Source: Thermoanaerobaculia bacterium (GTDB taxonomy: Bacteria > Acidobacteriota > Thermoanaerobaculia > Gp7-AA8). From it: a stretch of 64,000 bases of DNA. Position 1 is the first letter of the stretch; each line of letters begins with the position of its first letter. The notes under the pieces were generated by a model. The model saw only the letters and a program-made list of their open reading frames with translations, searched no databases and was not told the origin of the DNA. This document shows, piece after piece, positions 38,722 to 46,762 of the stretch. Location of the stretch: positions 21,652 through 85,651 of the forward strand of contig DASYGV010000094.1 of NCBI GenBank assembly GCA_035999335.1, read 5' to 3'. Position numbers and translations under genes: made by a program.

Positions 38722-39939
38722 GTGGATCTCTTCATCGATCCGGCGATCGCGCTCGGGCTCGGGCTGCTGGTCGGGCTGCAGCGGGAGAGCAGGAACATTC
38801 GCGCGGCGGGGCTGCGCACGTTTGCGCTGGTCACGCTCGCCGGCGCGCTTGCGGCGCAGTTCGGGGTATGGATCGTGGCGGTCGGCTTTCTCGGCGTCAC
38901 GGCCCTGGCCGTCGTGAGTCACTACACGACGACCCTCCACGACGGCGACGGGGGCATGACCACCGAGGTTGCGTTGCTGGCGATGTATCTCGTCGGCGTG
39001 TGCGTCGTGCTCGGCGATCGCAGGCTCGCGGTCGTCCTCGGCGGAACGATCGCGGTGCTGCTGCAGGCGAAGGCGCCGTTCCGCAACGTGCTGCAGCGGC
39101 TGGGCGAAGACGACATTCACGCGATCATCAAATTCGCGCTGCTGTCGCTCGTGATCCTTCCCGTTCTTCCGAACGAAGCCTTCGGTCCGTGGGGTGTCTT
39201 CAACCTCTTCGAGATCTGGCTGCTGGTGGTGCTGATCGTCGGCATCAACCTGGCCGGCTACATCGCCTACCGATTCATCGGCGCGCGCAGCGGCGCACTC
39301 CTCGGCGGTCTCCTCGGCGGCGTGATCTCGAGCACCGCCACCGCTGTCGGCTATTCGCGCCGTACGAAAGAGGATTCCGACGCCGCGCCGCTCGCGTCGG
39401 TGGTGATCATGATCGCGACCGCGGTCGTCGGGATCCGCGTGCTGATCGAAGTTGCGGTCGTCGCGCCGCGCATCTTCGCGCAGGTCGTGATTCCGATCGG
39501 CATCGTGCTGGCCGCCGCGGTCCTGCTGTCGATCGCGGTGTGGTGGCGCGTCGCGCGTCGGCCGGCGGACATGCCGGAGCAGAAGAACCCGACGATGCTT
39601 CGCGCGGCGCTGCTGTTCGCCGCCGTGTATGCGCTGGTGTTGCTGGCCGCGGAGTGGGTGACGCGCTCGCTCGGCAGCGGCGCGCTCTACTACGTGGCCG
39701 TCGTCGCGGGCTTGACGGACGTCGATGCGATCACGCTGTCCACCGCGAAGATGGCAGGGGCGAAACAGCTACCGGTGGACGACGCGTGGCGCGTGATCCT
39801 GATCGCGTTCGTATCGAATCTCGCGTTCAAGGCGGCGATCGTCGCAGCGCTCGGATCGCGAGCTCTGTTGTGGCGGATTCTGCTGTTGTTCGCGCTCCTC
39901 GGAGCTGTGGCGGGAGCGGTCATTCTCTTGTATCCGTAG
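38722..39939 (+). CDS. MgtC/SapB-family membrane protein with a DUF4010-type C-terminal domain
   Basis: GLGLLVGLQRE near the N-terminus and about 10 TM helices. 405 aa. Confidence 0.7.
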   Translation: MDLFIDPAIALGLGLLVGLQRESRNIRAAGLRTFALVTLAGALAAQFGVWIVAVGFLGVTALAVVSHYTTTLHDGDGGMTTEVALLAMYLVGVCVVLGDRRLAVVLGGTIAVLLQAKAPFRNVLQRLGEDDIHAIIKFALLSLVILPVLPNEAFGPWGVFNLFEIWLLVVLIVGINLAGYIAYRFIGARSGALLGGLLGGVISSTATAVGYSRRTKEDSDAAPLASVVIMIATAVVGIRVLIEVAVVAPRIFAQVVIPIGIVLAAAVLLSIAVWWRVARRPADMPEQKNPTMLRAALLFAAVYALVLLAAEWVTRSLGSGALYYVAVVAGLTDVDAITLSTAKMAGAKQLPVDDAWRVILIAFVSNLAFKAAIVAALGSRALLWRILLLFALLGAVAGAVILLYP

Positions 39940-39941
39940 TA

Positions 39942-40014
39942 TGGAGTGCGGAGGCAGCGCCTCCGCTTTCCTATTCACGCGATTGGAAGCGGCGGCCTTG
40001 CCGCCGCACTCCAC
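39942..40014. repeat. Palindromic element TGGAGTGCGGAGGC...GCCGCCGCACTCCA
   Basis: 73 bp filling the gap between the convergent stops of the MgtC-like gene (39937-39939) and the last eCIS gene (40017-40019). Confidence 0.8.
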
Positions 40015-40016
40015 AC

Positions 40017-41381
40017 CTAAACCTTCTTCGCCAGCGGATCGAACTTCCAGCGCAGGTCCGTGAACGTGCCTCCGCCGCCCGTGGCGGTGGTGCCCCACAT
40101 CGCGAGCGGTGCGTAATGCTCGTCCACTCCGTGCGGCGCGAGTGCGTGCGGGTTTTCGACGGGGCCGGGCCAGATCACATCGCCGGTCGCGGTGCGCGTG
40201 GGGATCAGCCAATAGTCGCCCGTGCGGTAGCCGCCTTTCGGCGTGTCGACGTGCGAGAACTGCACTTCCACTCCGTCCGACAGCTCGATCCACTGGTTCT
40301 CCTTCACCGGCTCCGGTGGTGCAGCCCAGCGGCGGAGGATGGGATTCAGTTTCGGATCGTCGCCGGCGTTGTCCGCGGGCTGCGCATTCAGCGTCACGGT
40401 CATGCGATGGCGGTCGACCTCGATCACCTGCAGCAGCGGATGCACTTTGCGGCGAAGCGTGATCTCGTCATCGACGACCTCCACCCAGTCGTTCTTCCGG
40501 ATCGCCGTTCGGTCGTCGCGGCCGAGGGACTCGAGCTTCACGGTCGTGCCGTCGATCGGCGCGCGGACGGCATAGACGATGGCCGCGTTGTCCTGCGACC
40601 ACTTGAACGTCGCCGGCTTGTCCGTGGCCGGATCGGCGAAGTCGTGAATCTCGACGCGATACAAACGGTTCTCCGCGCCGCGATACCGAGCCTCGGGCGA
40701 GATCGTGCACGGCTCGAGCTTCTGGTTGATGATCGCTCGCGCCTTCATCCGCGCGCTGCTGCGGAGAAGCAGATTCAGCGCGAGGTAGTTCGCGTCGTAC
40801 GGCTCGATCTTCAGATCCTTCGCGAGGTCGATCACCGGCTTCGAGGGCATATACCGGATCTGCCACGTCACGACCGCGCGGCTCGCGGTGTCGGGTCCGA
40901 GGAGCGCGACCTCGCGGATCGAATCGTCTTCCGCGGACGAGATGTGCCGTTCCCACACCGCGAGGTAGAGCAATCGCTCGACGCGGTTGGGATTATCGTC
41001 CTTCGCCGGCCAGTACGAGTCGGCGTGCGCGGTGATACGGATGCCGTCGCCGAGCTTCTTCTGCAGCTCGGGATCGCCGATGACGTCCCAGAAATCCATC
41101 GGCGGCATGTTCACGCAGCGGATGCCGTCGACGTAGTAATGACCCCACGCGACGCGGAACGGGGACTTCGTCGGATCGTCTTTCTCGGGAACGATCTTGA
41201 ACCCGTTGCCCACGCCGCCGTGCGCGCCGATGACGTCGGCGCCGAGGCCGCGAAGAAACCGCAACGTCGACTCGGTCTGCTCGTTCCAGTCGGAGTCGAG
41301 CTGCACGCGTCCCATCTGCTGGAGCACGCGCGAGACGCGGTCGCGGTAGTGGGTGGGGTTCAGTGAGAAATCGCCGTGCAT
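40017..41381 (-). CDS. eCIS-linked conserved hypothetical, last gene of the operon (possibly the DUF6519 family)
   Basis: AGGAG lies 7 nt upstream of the ATG at 41381. The N-terminus MHGDFSLNPTHYRDRVSRVLQQMGRVQLDSDWNEQ is a motif I recall from genes at the distal end of phage-tail-like clusters. The family name is from memory and unverified. The track ORF start at 41894 is a spurious extension. Confidence 0.6.
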   Translation of the reverse strand: MHGDFSLNPTHYRDRVSRVLQQMGRVQLDSDWNEQTESTLRFLRGLGADVIGAHGGVGNGFKIVPEKDDPTKSPFRVAWGHYYVDGIRCVNMPPMDFWDVIGDPELQKKLGDGIRITAHADSYWPAKDDNPNRVERLLYLAVWERHISSAEDDSIREVALLGPDTASRAVVTWQIRYMPSKPVIDLAKDLKIEPYDANYLALNLLLRSSARMKARAIINQKLEPCTISPEARYRGAENRLYRVEIHDFADPATDKPATFKWSQDNAAIVYAVRAPIDGTTVKLESLGRDDRTAIRKNDWVEVVDDEITLRRKVHPLLQVIEVDRHRMTVTLNAQPADNAGDDPKLNPILRRWAAPPEPVKENQWIELSDGVEVQFSHVDTPKGGYRTGDYWLIPTRTATGDVIWPGPVENPHALAPHGVDEHYAPLAMWGTTATGGGGTFTDLRWKFDPLAKKV

Positions 41382-41391
41382 GATCGGTCTC

Positions 41392-43473
41392 CTAATCCGC
41401 GTAAATGATTCCGGTGTCCATTCCGGCAGGGGTGGCGTGCTCGAGCCGCAGGCGCAGGTTGGCGATGCGCTGCGGCAGGAAGAGGTCGTGGAACGCGCCC
41501 ATCTCCGATTCGTCGTCCGCGCCGCGGGTGATCTCCTCCGCGCAGTCGAACGCGAGCTCCGCGTAGTCGGGCTTCCCGAAGCGCACGCTCGTGAACGTCG
41601 GTTCCACGCGCCGCACCTCGGCGGCGACGACCATCGGCGGCTTGCCTTTGGTCTTCTCGAGAATGAGATCGGGCTGACAGTGATAGCGCTTCGGCGTGCG
41701 CGATTTTCGCGGCACCCAGCAGAAGCGGATGCAGCCGATCTGGCGCCGCACGACGCGCACGATCCCGGTGAAGATCGAGTTCTCGCCGAGCTCGATCGCG
41801 TGTGTCTCGATGCGGCCGAAGACCGTGCAGCGGACGATGCGCAGCGTGGCCCACGCGTACGACGCGCCGGGACCGACGACGGCCTCGCGATCATCTGAAG
41901 TCGCGTCGACGATCGAGTCGCTGATCGAGATGCGCAGCGGCTCCGACTCCGTGGTCTCGTCCATCACCGCGATCGTGCCGAGGATCGTGCGCTCGATGGT
42001 CACGCGTCCCTTGAGATTGCGCAGGTCGAGACTCGACTCGTCCGGTGCGGCAGGGCTGCAGTCGGGACGCACCGTCCAACCCGGCACGAGCGTCGAACGG
42101 CGGATGACCAGCCGCGCGTTCACCGGCTTCTCGCCTTTCCCCTCGACGCGCAGCGGACGTCCGACGACGAGGATGCCGTCGAGGGTGAAGCGCGATTTTT
42201 CGTTCAGCGTGACGCTCAGCGCCTCGCCGCGCGACGGGTGATAGTCGAGCACGTGGATCACGGGACGGCAGCGGTTCGCGGCGCGCAGTTGCAGCGTGTG
42301 CTGTTCCGCGATCTCGACGTCGAAGGACTCGGTGTAGAAGCCGCTGTCTACGATCTCGATGACCGCGTGCCGCGGTTTCTCTTCTTCCCAGAGCGCAATC
42401 GCCTCGGCGATCGTCGTCATCTTCTCGGCGGTTCCGACGCGATAAATCTTCGCGTCGCGCGGCTGCGTGATCACGCGCTGCGATTCGTGCGCGCCGACGT
42501 CGTCGCTGAAGCCGTAGCGATACGACACCCACATCGCGTCGGGCTCTTTCGAGACGGCGATGCGTCCGAGCTTCGGATCGACCGCGACCTTGCCGTCGGG
42601 CGGCCGGTATTCCCAGTCGGTCAGATCGGCGACGATGATGTTCTCGACCGGCACCGGATTCACCGGATCGTCGATCCAGATGACGAAGCTCTTCGCTGTG
42701 CCGTCTTCGTCGATGCCGTAGTAATCGCTGGTGCGTTTCTCCAGCGCGCGGCGGCGGATTGCGGTCGGCACGTGGATCTCGCTCGCGATCGTCGCGAGAT
42801 CGGGCTCGCGCCGCGCCTCGGTGAAGATCGGCGCGTCGTTGCCGAGGGCGCTGAAGGTGTAGAAGAAGTAGCCGCCGCCGCGTTGTACGAAATACGCGGG
42901 CGCGTGCGTGACCGTGAACGAGCGCAAACGCCACAGCCACGCCGCCGCGGTCGGGATGTTGTGCCAGCCGTCGGGATTCGGCGGGTTGATGCCGCGGACG
43001 TCGACGGTGTGCGCGAGGGTATCGAACGCGCCGTTGAGGAGATCGAGCGACTCTTCGTTGCGAAGATCGATGAAGCGTCCGCGCTCGTTGAGATGATTGA
43101 TCGATTGCGTGCGTCCGAGGAGCCTGTAGTACTCGACCGCGCGGGCGGGGAAGCCGCCGACGTCGTTCGCGAGCTCTTCGAGCTGCGCGAGCGTGCCGCG
43201 ACGGCGAAGGTCGCGCAGGTAATTCGCGACCGCGCGCCGCGGCGTCTTGCTCGCGAACACGACTTCATATCCGACCAGGTCGCCGATGTACGGCACGACC
43301 CAGTCCTCGCAGGTCTCGATGAACCAGTTCTCGTAGAGCTGAGCGATGTCTTCCTCGACGAGGTTCACCTGTTCGGAGATCGCGCGCAGGAGATCGCGCA
43401 GCGCGTGACGGTGTTCCTCATCGCGCTGGCGGTAGACGACCGGGAGGAGGTCGAACAGGCGGTCGATGTTCAT
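41392..43473 (-). CDS. Baseplate wedge protein, P2 gpI-like N-terminus (Afp12/Pvc12 equivalent) with a long C-terminal extension
   Basis: MNIDRLFDLLPVVYRQRDEEHRHALRDLLRAISEQVNLVEEDIAQLYENWFIETCEDWVVPYIGDLVGY matches the phage tail protein I / tail-domain pattern. Start is at the ATG at 43473. The track start at 43617 reads through a repeat element. Confidence 0.75.
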   Translation of the reverse strand: MNIDRLFDLLPVVYRQRDEEHRHALRDLLRAISEQVNLVEEDIAQLYENWFIETCEDWVVPYIGDLVGYEVVFASKTPRRAVANYLRDLRRRGTLAQLEELANDVGGFPARAVEYYRLLGRTQSINHLNERGRFIDLRNEESLDLLNGAFDTLAHTVDVRGINPPNPDGWHNIPTAAAWLWRLRSFTVTHAPAYFVQRGGGYFFYTFSALGNDAPIFTEARREPDLATIASEIHVPTAIRRRALEKRTSDYYGIDEDGTAKSFVIWIDDPVNPVPVENIIVADLTDWEYRPPDGKVAVDPKLGRIAVSKEPDAMWVSYRYGFSDDVGAHESQRVITQPRDAKIYRVGTAEKMTTIAEAIALWEEEKPRHAVIEIVDSGFYTESFDVEIAEQHTLQLRAANRCRPVIHVLDYHPSRGEALSVTLNEKSRFTLDGILVVGRPLRVEGKGEKPVNARLVIRRSTLVPGWTVRPDCSPAAPDESSLDLRNLKGRVTIERTILGTIAVMDETTESEPLRISISDSIVDATSDDREAVVGPGASYAWATLRIVRCTVFGRIETHAIELGENSIFTGIVRVVRRQIGCIRFCWVPRKSRTPKRYHCQPDLILEKTKGKPPMVVAAEVRRVEPTFTSVRFGKPDYAELAFDCAEEITRGADDESEMGAFHDLFLPQRIANLRLRLEHATPAGMDTGIIYAD

Positions 43474-43494
43474 GGGAGGTCTCCGTGAGCACGC

Positions 43495-43600
43495 GGAGCG
43501 CCGGCTTCCAGCCGGCCGGTCCGCCGGCATCCTGCCGGCCTTTTCGGTGCATCGTGCCGCCTGGAAGGCGGCGGAGCGGCCGGCTGGAAGCCGGCGCTCC
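43495..43600. repeat. Palindromic element GGAGCGCCGGCTTCCAGCCGGCC...GGCCGGCTGGAAGCCGGCGCTCC
   Basis: 106 bp intergenic between two baseplate genes. Long terminal inverted repeats flank an inner hairpin (ccggcatcctgccgg). Confidence 0.8.
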
Positions 43601-43617
43601 GATAGGAGGCGCTCCAA

Positions 43618-46600
43618 TCACTCTTCATCTTCGATCTCCGTGAGGATGAACAGGTCCGCGAGCTCCGGCGGGATGTACGCGATCTGTGTGAGCTTCGGGA
43701 CGATCGCGTTCACGCCTTCGATGTCCGGTGTACCGAAGCCGCCCTTCTCGCCGGTGAGGTCGATGACTTCGTCCTGCGCGATCGAGCCGAAGAGATCGAG
43801 GTCGACATACGTCACGCCCTCGACTCCCTGGATCGCGGCCACGGCCTCGGCCGGGAAGACGACTTGTCCGAAGTCGCGGCGGTCGTACGAGAAAATGTCG
43901 AGCAGCTTCGCGCGGACCTTCGGTCCGACCGACGTCCAGAGATAGTCGGGATGCACGCGCACTTTCGCGCTGCCGGCGATGACGAGCTTTTCGCGCGGTT
44001 GCACGACGAACGGCTGGTACGGATCGCCGAACCGGCGCAGGGCCTCGACGAGGTTGCGATAGAGATCGGAGTTGACGTCGATCTCGATGTCGCCCGTGCC
44101 GCCGACGGTGACGTGGACGATCTGGCGGCGACCGTCGGTGATCTCGACGGCGACGGCCTTGCTGATTCCGCCGAACGTGCGCGCGAAGTCGGCGTAGTCG
44201 CGCACGGAGACGATGCGTCCCATTGCCTGCAATGAGACCGGGATGCTGCGGCGCGCGTCGTCGCGCGACTCCGGATCCGCGCCGCCGCTCGCGGCGAGCG
44301 GGTTGATCACGTCTTTCACACCGAGCGGGCGCGAGATCGCAGTGGCGATCCGATTCGCGCGGACGTTGCCGGGCTTGCCGATGCCGCTGCGATAAAGCGC
44401 GCGCACGTTGTCGGGACCGGTCGGCAGACGCGAGCCTTCGCGGCCATTGCCGAAGGTCACCGAGACCTTGCCGTCGTCGGCCGTCTTCGTGATGAACACG
44501 CGATCCTGGGCGCCGGTGCCGAAGAACGTGTCCGTCTCGTGCCAGAGGATGTCGTTCACGCGCACGGCCAGCGTCGACTGCACGCCTTCGACCGTCGGCG
44601 CGCTGACGAACGTGAGCGGCGTCTGGTGGAGCGTGAACGTCTGCAGCGCCTTCGCGCCGTCGCCGGCGCCGAGGATCTCCGCGCGCGTGTCGCCGTGCGT
44701 TGCTTTGACGACGTTTGCGTAGACCTTCGCGGTCGAGCGTTTGTACCGGTACTTCATCCCCTCGGGCGCGAGCACGAGCGTGCTGTATGCGCTGCCGCCG
44801 GCGCCGGAATCGGGATGCAGCTCGATCGTCGCGACCATCGCCAGCTCGCTCGAGATCACGCCGGCCGTGCCGGGGATGTCGACGCGCTCGCCGCTGACGA
44901 TCACCCATCGTCCCGGCTCGAGACCTTCGACGACGGCGTCGAGGTCGATGCGCGTCGGACCTTCGTTGCCGTTCCCGTTTGCCGTCGGCTCACCGATCGG
45001 ACGATCGACGGGCTGCTGCGCGAGCGGGAGCTCCTCGCTCTCGAGCAGCACTGTGGTGGGCCGGATGATCGCGAGGTTGCCGACGTTGTTTCCGGCAGGA
45101 AAGTTCGCCCAGTCTCGATCGAACGACAGTCGCGTCGTCTTGCCGCTCATGACGTACGCCGTGCGCGTGCCCGTTTCGACGTCGCGGACCTTGCACACCA
45201 GCGTCGGGGCGACGCTCGTGCTGGGCGCATTCTGTCGCCGCTGCACCAGCGCGTAGCTTCCGCCGCGGACGGCGTCGGCCGGCGAATCGAGATACATCGT
45301 CGAGTTCTCTTCGCTGACGTCGAGGATGGTGGGCATGCCCTCCGGCATCGGCTCTTCGAAGAGCGTCGTCGGCGCGTTGTAGCCGAAGACCGAGGAGCGG
45401 CGGCGGAGGACGTGCATGCTCTGGAACTGCGCGAAGGGGACCGTGCCCGCCGTCGACGCTGCAAGCGCGGCGTGGAACATTCCGGAGACCTGCGGGATGA
45501 ACGAGCCGACGAGCCGCGGCAGGAAATCGGAGCTTGGCTGCAGAGACGTCTGGAGCGAACGGCTGTACTGCCATTTGCTCTTCGGCGCGAGCGCGGACGG
45601 AGCCGCGAGGTTCTTCACGATCGCGCTGACCTTCCACGGCTGCGTCGACGGCGTGATGACGACGTCCGTGTCGTCCGCGGTGATCGCGTCGCGCACGGGT
45701 CCGACATCGTCGATCCACGGCAGCAGTTGGAAGAGCGTGTTGCGCCCGCCGCCGAGGAGGATGTGGTCGACGATCCACTGCAGCACGGTCTCCCGCGGCG
45801 GAGGTGGGATGACGATCGCTTCTTCGGATCCCTTCGTTTTCTTTCTGGTTTTCTTCTCGAGCGGCGCGGGAGCCGGCATTTCCTCGCTGAGCGCCGCGAC
45901 CGCCGCCGCGTACACGTTCAGGTAGTACGGCCGCACCGGATCGAGTGCGACGCTTGTGCGGTCATTTTCGGTGTCGATGGTCGTTTTCATCGCGCGACGC
46001 ATCGCGTGAACGGGCGCGCCGGCGCGTGTGAAGACGAAGAGCAGCGGATCGCCGGCGTTGAGACGCGTGGTCGTTCCCTTGATCCAGACGTTCTCGAGGG
46101 TGAGGACGTTGTCGATCGTGATCGCCTGCGGTTTGCCAAGGCGCGGCTTGAGCGCGTTCCACACGCCGCGCGCTTCGAAGTCCTCGGAGGTCTCGAAGAC
46201 CTGCGGCTTCTCGTCCGCGCCGGGAGTGCTCTGCGCTTTCGAGCCCGCGGGGATGATTGTCTTCGTCGTCGCATCGACCGTGTAGGCGAGGTAGACGCTC
46301 GACGAGACGCCGGGCTTCAGTTTGTATCCGACGAGGCGTCCGAGCTCGAGGATCGAGCGGCGCTCGGTGGCGGTGCGGAGGAAGCCTTCGTTTGCGATGC
46401 GCTCCTGGTAGAAGGTGAGCACGTCGCCGACGGTGGCCCAGGCGTCGAGGAACGCGATCGCGGGATCGTCGGTCTCGCGCGTAGTCAGCGCGGGGATGGT
46501 GCTGAGGCGTCCGATCATGTCCTCGAGGAATGATCCGTGAGTGCCGATGCGATAACGCAGCGCGGAAAGGCCGGGACGGTTCTGCACCGGAATGTGCGGA

Positions 46601-46638
46601 CCGGCGCCGGAAAGACACGCGCAGCAGCCGCAGTTCAT
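43618..46638 (-). CDS. Baseplate J-like protein, paralog 2 (putative baseplate assembly protein)
   Basis: GGAGG lies 8 nt upstream of the ATG at 46638. The N-terminus is MNCGCCACLSGAGPHIPVQNRPGLSALRYRIGTHGSF. Next comes DDPAIAFLDAWATVGDVLTFYQERIANEGFLRTATERRS, the gpJ-type N-domain. The C-terminal J-like block is VSVRDYADFARTFGGISKA. Confidence 0.8.
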   Translation of the reverse strand: MNCGCCACLSGAGPHIPVQNRPGLSALRYRIGTHGSFLEDMIGRLSTIPALTTRETDDPAIAFLDAWATVGDVLTFYQERIANEGFLRTATERRSILELGRLVGYKLKPGVSSSVYLAYTVDATTKTIIPAGSKAQSTPGADEKPQVFETSEDFEARGVWNALKPRLGKPQAITIDNVLTLENVWIKGTTTRLNAGDPLLFVFTRAGAPVHAMRRAMKTTIDTENDRTSVALDPVRPYYLNVYAAAVAALSEEMPAPAPLEKKTRKKTKGSEEAIVIPPPPRETVLQWIVDHILLGGGRNTLFQLLPWIDDVGPVRDAITADDTDVVITPSTQPWKVSAIVKNLAAPSALAPKSKWQYSRSLQTSLQPSSDFLPRLVGSFIPQVSGMFHAALAASTAGTVPFAQFQSMHVLRRRSSVFGYNAPTTLFEEPMPEGMPTILDVSEENSTMYLDSPADAVRGGSYALVQRRQNAPSTSVAPTLVCKVRDVETGTRTAYVMSGKTTRLSFDRDWANFPAGNNVGNLAIIRPTTVLLESEELPLAQQPVDRPIGEPTANGNGNEGPTRIDLDAVVEGLEPGRWVIVSGERVDIPGTAGVISSELAMVATIELHPDSGAGGSAYSTLVLAPEGMKYRYKRSTAKVYANVVKATHGDTRAEILGAGDGAKALQTFTLHQTPLTFVSAPTVEGVQSTLAVRVNDILWHETDTFFGTGAQDRVFITKTADDGKVSVTFGNGREGSRLPTGPDNVRALYRSGIGKPGNVRANRIATAISRPLGVKDVINPLAASGGADPESRDDARRSIPVSLQAMGRIVSVRDYADFARTFGGISKAVAVEITDGRRQIVHVTVGGTGDIEIDVNSDLYRNLVEALRRFGDPYQPFVVQPREKLVIAGSAKVRVHPDYLWTSVGPKVRAKLLDIFSYDRRDFGQVVFPAEAVAAIQGVEGVTYVDLDLFGSIAQDEVIDLTGEKGGFGTPDIEGVNAIVPKLTQIAYIPPELADLFILTEIEDEE

Positions 46639-46652
46639 CGTTTGCCTCCGTT

Positions 46653-46759
46653 GTGGAGTGCGGCGGCAAGGCCGCCGCTTTCGAATACCGTCCGGTAGTC
46701 GGCGACAGTTGCGGTCTTGCCGCGGTCTTTGAAAGCGGCGGTCTTGCCGGCGCACTCCA
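46653..46759. repeat. Palindromic element GTGGAGTGCGGCGGCAAGGCCGCCGC...GCCGGCGCACTCCA
   Basis: 107 bp intergenic between the two J-like baseplate genes. It belongs to the same terminal-motif family as 24821-24984 and 39942-40014. Confidence 0.8.
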
Positions 46760-46762
46760 TAG

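Noticed and set aside
38634-41366. 910-aa plus-strand ORF spanning the MgtC-like gene, a repeat element and the last eCIS gene
   Set aside because: It runs through an intergenic palindrome and is out of frame or antisense to two better-supported genes. Its composition is Arg/Gly-rich.
41382-41894. Upstream extensions of track ORFs in the eCIS operon (41894, 43617, 46773, 55007, 63676 starts)
   Set aside because: Each extension is Arg-rich. Each overlaps the preceding gene or reads through a palindromic repeat. Internal ATGs with an RBS or an ATGA overlap give clean operon junctions.
44539-46533. 664-aa plus-strand ORF and other long alternative ORFs over the baseplate genes (for example 43625-44908, 46635-48062 and 46895-48097)
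   Set aside because: They are shadow ORFs. The selected frames carry gpJ-type motifs, and the genes link head to tail.
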